Source: Phoronis australis (taxonomy: Eukaryota > Animalia > Phoronida). Taken from it: a stretch of 36,625 nucleotides of DNA. Shown piece after piece: positions 33,790 through 36,625 of this stretch (positions within the stretch are counted from its first letter, which is position 1; each line of letters begins with the position of its first letter). Both the position numbers and the translations under genes were made by a program. The notes under the pieces were generated by a model. It made no database searches. It was not told where the DNA came from and saw only the letters and a list, made by a program, of their open reading frames with translations. The stretch spans positions 118,911-155,535 of the forward strand of contig NMRA01000667.1 in the NCBI GenBank assembly GCA_002633005.1, read 5' to 3'.

Positions 33790-35760
33790 TTAAGAAAATC
33801 CTTGGAACTCAAAGTCTTCCTCATTTCCTGGCGGAGGGTAGAAAGCTCTGATGCAGGCTACTGTGCATGCTGGAATGACAACACGGACTGTTCGTCCTAA
33901 ATGACCGTGTACCCATCTTTGGAACTGTCTACAGGCCACGTGTCAAATCCTTTTATCCAAGGGTCTGTCATAGCCATCAGGATATTGGCTTTTGTACTGA
34001 CTGCAACCATGCAGTCTCCAAAACACCACGATTGATGTATACAGGTTTAAACCCCCATGCTCCACAATACATTTTTTCTTCTGTGTTAGTTGTCACGCTT
34101 CATTTCTTCATCAAGTTTTGCAACAACCTTGTCAACCTCTTGGCAACATACTCTTTCTTCAACAACTGAGATTGTCTGACAGTTGCCCCAGGTGCACCTG
34201 CAAGATGTGTCAACAATAATACATTATTTCAATAAGTAAACATCAAAATTTCGAATTGAAAAATTTATCAAGAGTGCCTCTACCAAATTGACGGGTCTGC
34301 ATACGACTTCAGTTTTCAGGAAAATTGGTTGGAACATCATAACCTATTTATTTTTTGTACAAATTGATCATATATAGTAAAGATATTTACTTTTCATACA
34401 AATGAATAGTGCTACACCCAAGGCAGTGGTAGATCATGCCCGGGGGATATAGTAATGGACATTAGTTGTTTGATTTTTTAGCTGACCCAAAGACAAAAGG
34501 TAGTTGCCCTGATTCATTGATGGAGGGGACTGTTTTGTATGTAGTCGTGAGACCTGTTCTCCTAATCTGAATCCTATCGGCACCCACATACCATTAATCA
34601 AACTAGACAATGACAATGGGGCAAACCAACTTGAAAAGCAGTGTTGCCACTCAAAGGGTCACCCATATTTTAAATATTACAGTATACATTAAAACTTCTT
34701 GATATGCTATATGGCAATCACCAATCCAATGGTATGCTCTCNCATACCATTAATCAAACTAGACAATGACAATGGGGCAAACCAACTTGAAAAGCAGTGT
34801 TGCCACTCAAAGGGTCGCTCATATTTTAAATATTACAGTATACATTAAAACTTCTTGATATGCTATATGGCAATCACCAATCCAATGGTATGTTCTCTTT
34901 ACTCTATAGAAACTTTACCAGGTGGTTCCTACCCAAGTCGACTCGTAACCAAGCCATGAACCATATTTCATTTATAAATAATGGCAACATTGGGTCAATG
35001 TACATCGACATGAAATGGTTGTTTCCATTTCAAGCATCGCCTTACAAAATAAAACTGTTTTGGAACACATGTGTAGATTGCTATAGGTCCGAGTCGACTT
35101 GAGTACGAAAATGAAATGACTTGTTCTATAACCAATAGAATTATGCCCTCCCCCAGCACCAAGGTGAGAAAGTCTAAATTATAAAATTGCAATGCTTTCA
35201 TCCTCTTCTTTACAATTCACAGTCGATTATTCCAAAGTGGTTCTCATTCATTCCCTTGCATACATTTATTCACTCACTAGTAACACCCCGCTCAGTCTCG
35301 GAGAAATAAGAGACAATTTTGTTCAATGCTCAATTGCATGCCAGTGAAACCCAGGATTCGAACCTGAGTCTCACGAGCTCTAGCCACTGAACCACACTTT
35401 TTACAAATAATCAGAGACCTAACACTTTTTGAGTGACTTGCTAAAATGCAAAAAAATCCCAGTTTTATCACTGAAACTGGTATTTATCCACGGCTGAAAC
35501 ACGATTCACCAATGGGGATATGGGCGCCTGGGACTGACTGGTAAAGCACCTACTTTTGAATTAAAAAAGACCAAGTTATAATTCGCGGTTGTAGGATACA
35601 TATTGATAATATTCTTACCAATTACTAACATCTAATCGCAACTCCTGCGCACCTTCAGCCTGTTGACGTTCACAGGACGAACCCGCTGGGAGTGAGTCTT
35701 CGGCGACCAGTGAATGGGCCGTGAAGGGGATCGAGGGAGAACGGCTCCACTACAGAAAAG
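33790..35760 (-). pseudogene. KolX / P2X7 C-terminal ballast-domain-like pseudogene, two exons
   Basis: Exon ~35760-35619 (VVEPFSLDP, frameshift, ...ELRLDVSNW; donor TG|GTAAGA) splices to exon 34197-33790: CT(W)GNCQ...EERVCCQEV...KRI*HVACRQFQRWVHGHLGRTVRVVIPACTVACIRAFYPPPGNEEDFEFQGFS*. Frameshifts and stops present. Confidence 0.85.
35200..35397 (-). mobile_element. tRNA-derived SINE remnant in the KolX intron
   Basis: Minus strand A-box-like TGGTTCAGTGG and B-box GGTTCGAATCC, too closely spaced for a tRNA; 3' boundary approximate. Confidence 0.5.
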
Positions 35761-35788
35761 CTGTGAACACATATTGTTCCTCTGGAAT

Positions 35789-36625
35789 CTGTCAGAACAG
35801 CGTTATGCTCAAATAGAGAAAGAGATGTTAGCTGTATGTTTTGGGTGCATTCGATTTCACAAGTTGATTTACGGTATGCCTGAATTAAGTCACAATTGAA
35901 TCAGACCATAAACCTTTAGAGAGTTTATTTAAGAAGCCAACAGGCATGTCTCCGATGAGAATTCAAAGAATGATGCTGAAACTTCAACCATACTCATTCA
36001 ATCTGGTGTACAAAAAAGGTACTACTATTGGTTTAGCTGATTGTTTGAGTAGATTACCTCACAATGGTGATGACAATTATGCTATCATGGATAATGAGCT
36101 CATGGTTTGTAAAGTTGATAATCTAGCAAATTGTATGCATGATAAAATTGCTATGGCAACATGCGATGATGATGAACTGCAGTGTGTAGAGCAGTTAATT
36201 TTGAATGGTTGGCCAGAACATAGGTCACAAGTACCTCACATCGCATTACCTTATTGGGATTGCAGAGATCAATTAGCTACTTACAATGGTATTGTTTTCA
36301 GAGCAGATAGGGTATGTATTCCCACTACGCTCCGTCGGCACATGTTACGTGTGCTACACCAATCACATACGGGAATGACACGGACAAAACAAAGAGCTCG
36401 TGATATTATATTTTGGCCGGGTATGAACAAACAAATTGAAGATATGATTAGCAGATGTGCTGCATGTTTGAAACATCGAAACTACCAGCCGAAAGAGCCA
36501 ATGAAATTGTTTGAGAAACCTATTCTTCCATGGAACACAGTTGCATGTGATTTGTTTGAATATGGAAACAGACACTACCTGTTGATGGTAGATTATTATT
36601 CAGGATTCATTGAAGTGTCCCCATT
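35789..36625 (+). mobile_element. Ty3/Gypsy LTR-retrotransposon pol fragment (RNase H, integrase HHCC, start of integrase core)
   Basis: SEQRYAQIEKEMLAVCFG, frameshift near 35885-35890, ESDHKPL, RIQRMMLKLQPY, ADCLSR, LHQSHTG...FWPGM...CAAC, PWNTVACDLF, LLMVDYYS; runs off the window. Confidence 0.93.

Noticed and set aside
34587-34897. 155-bp tandem duplication
   Set aside because: The copies are separated by exactly one N (34742) and differ at about three sites; typical of overlapping allelic contig ends joined in scaffolding.
35341-35397. tRNA gene (also 16100-16155)
   Set aside because: A/B-box-like motifs only; no complete cloverleaf or anticodon arm, so treated as SINE remnants.

Overview
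AT-rich eukaryotic genomic DNA with spliceosomal introns, microsatellites and assembly gaps; probably a marine invertebrate (inferred from the transposon repertoire). It is not prokaryotic, so the six-frame ORF track is mostly misleading. Main contents: (1) an intact 9-exon + strand gene (7000-16470, 451 aa by hand splicing) for an unrecognised secreted pro-protein with signal peptide, acidic/basic pro-region, a (Gly-Lys-Glu)n collagen-like run, a Cys-free His-rich helical domain and one GC-AG intron; (2) a weaker convergent - strand candidate gene for a small secreted protein, with a TATA/Inr promoter and an RTE LINE in its first intron; (3) many transposon relics: three decayed THAP-domain genes, a spliced KolX/P2X7-ballast-like pseudogene, TTAA-flanked Kolobok-type elements, hAT-like MITEs with 5-bp TSDs, a 77-bp hairpin MITE whose empty site is also in the window, Academ-like and MULE-like MITEs, SINE remnants and a Ty3/Gypsy pol fragment at the right edge. 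All calls were made by eye; no database searches were run.
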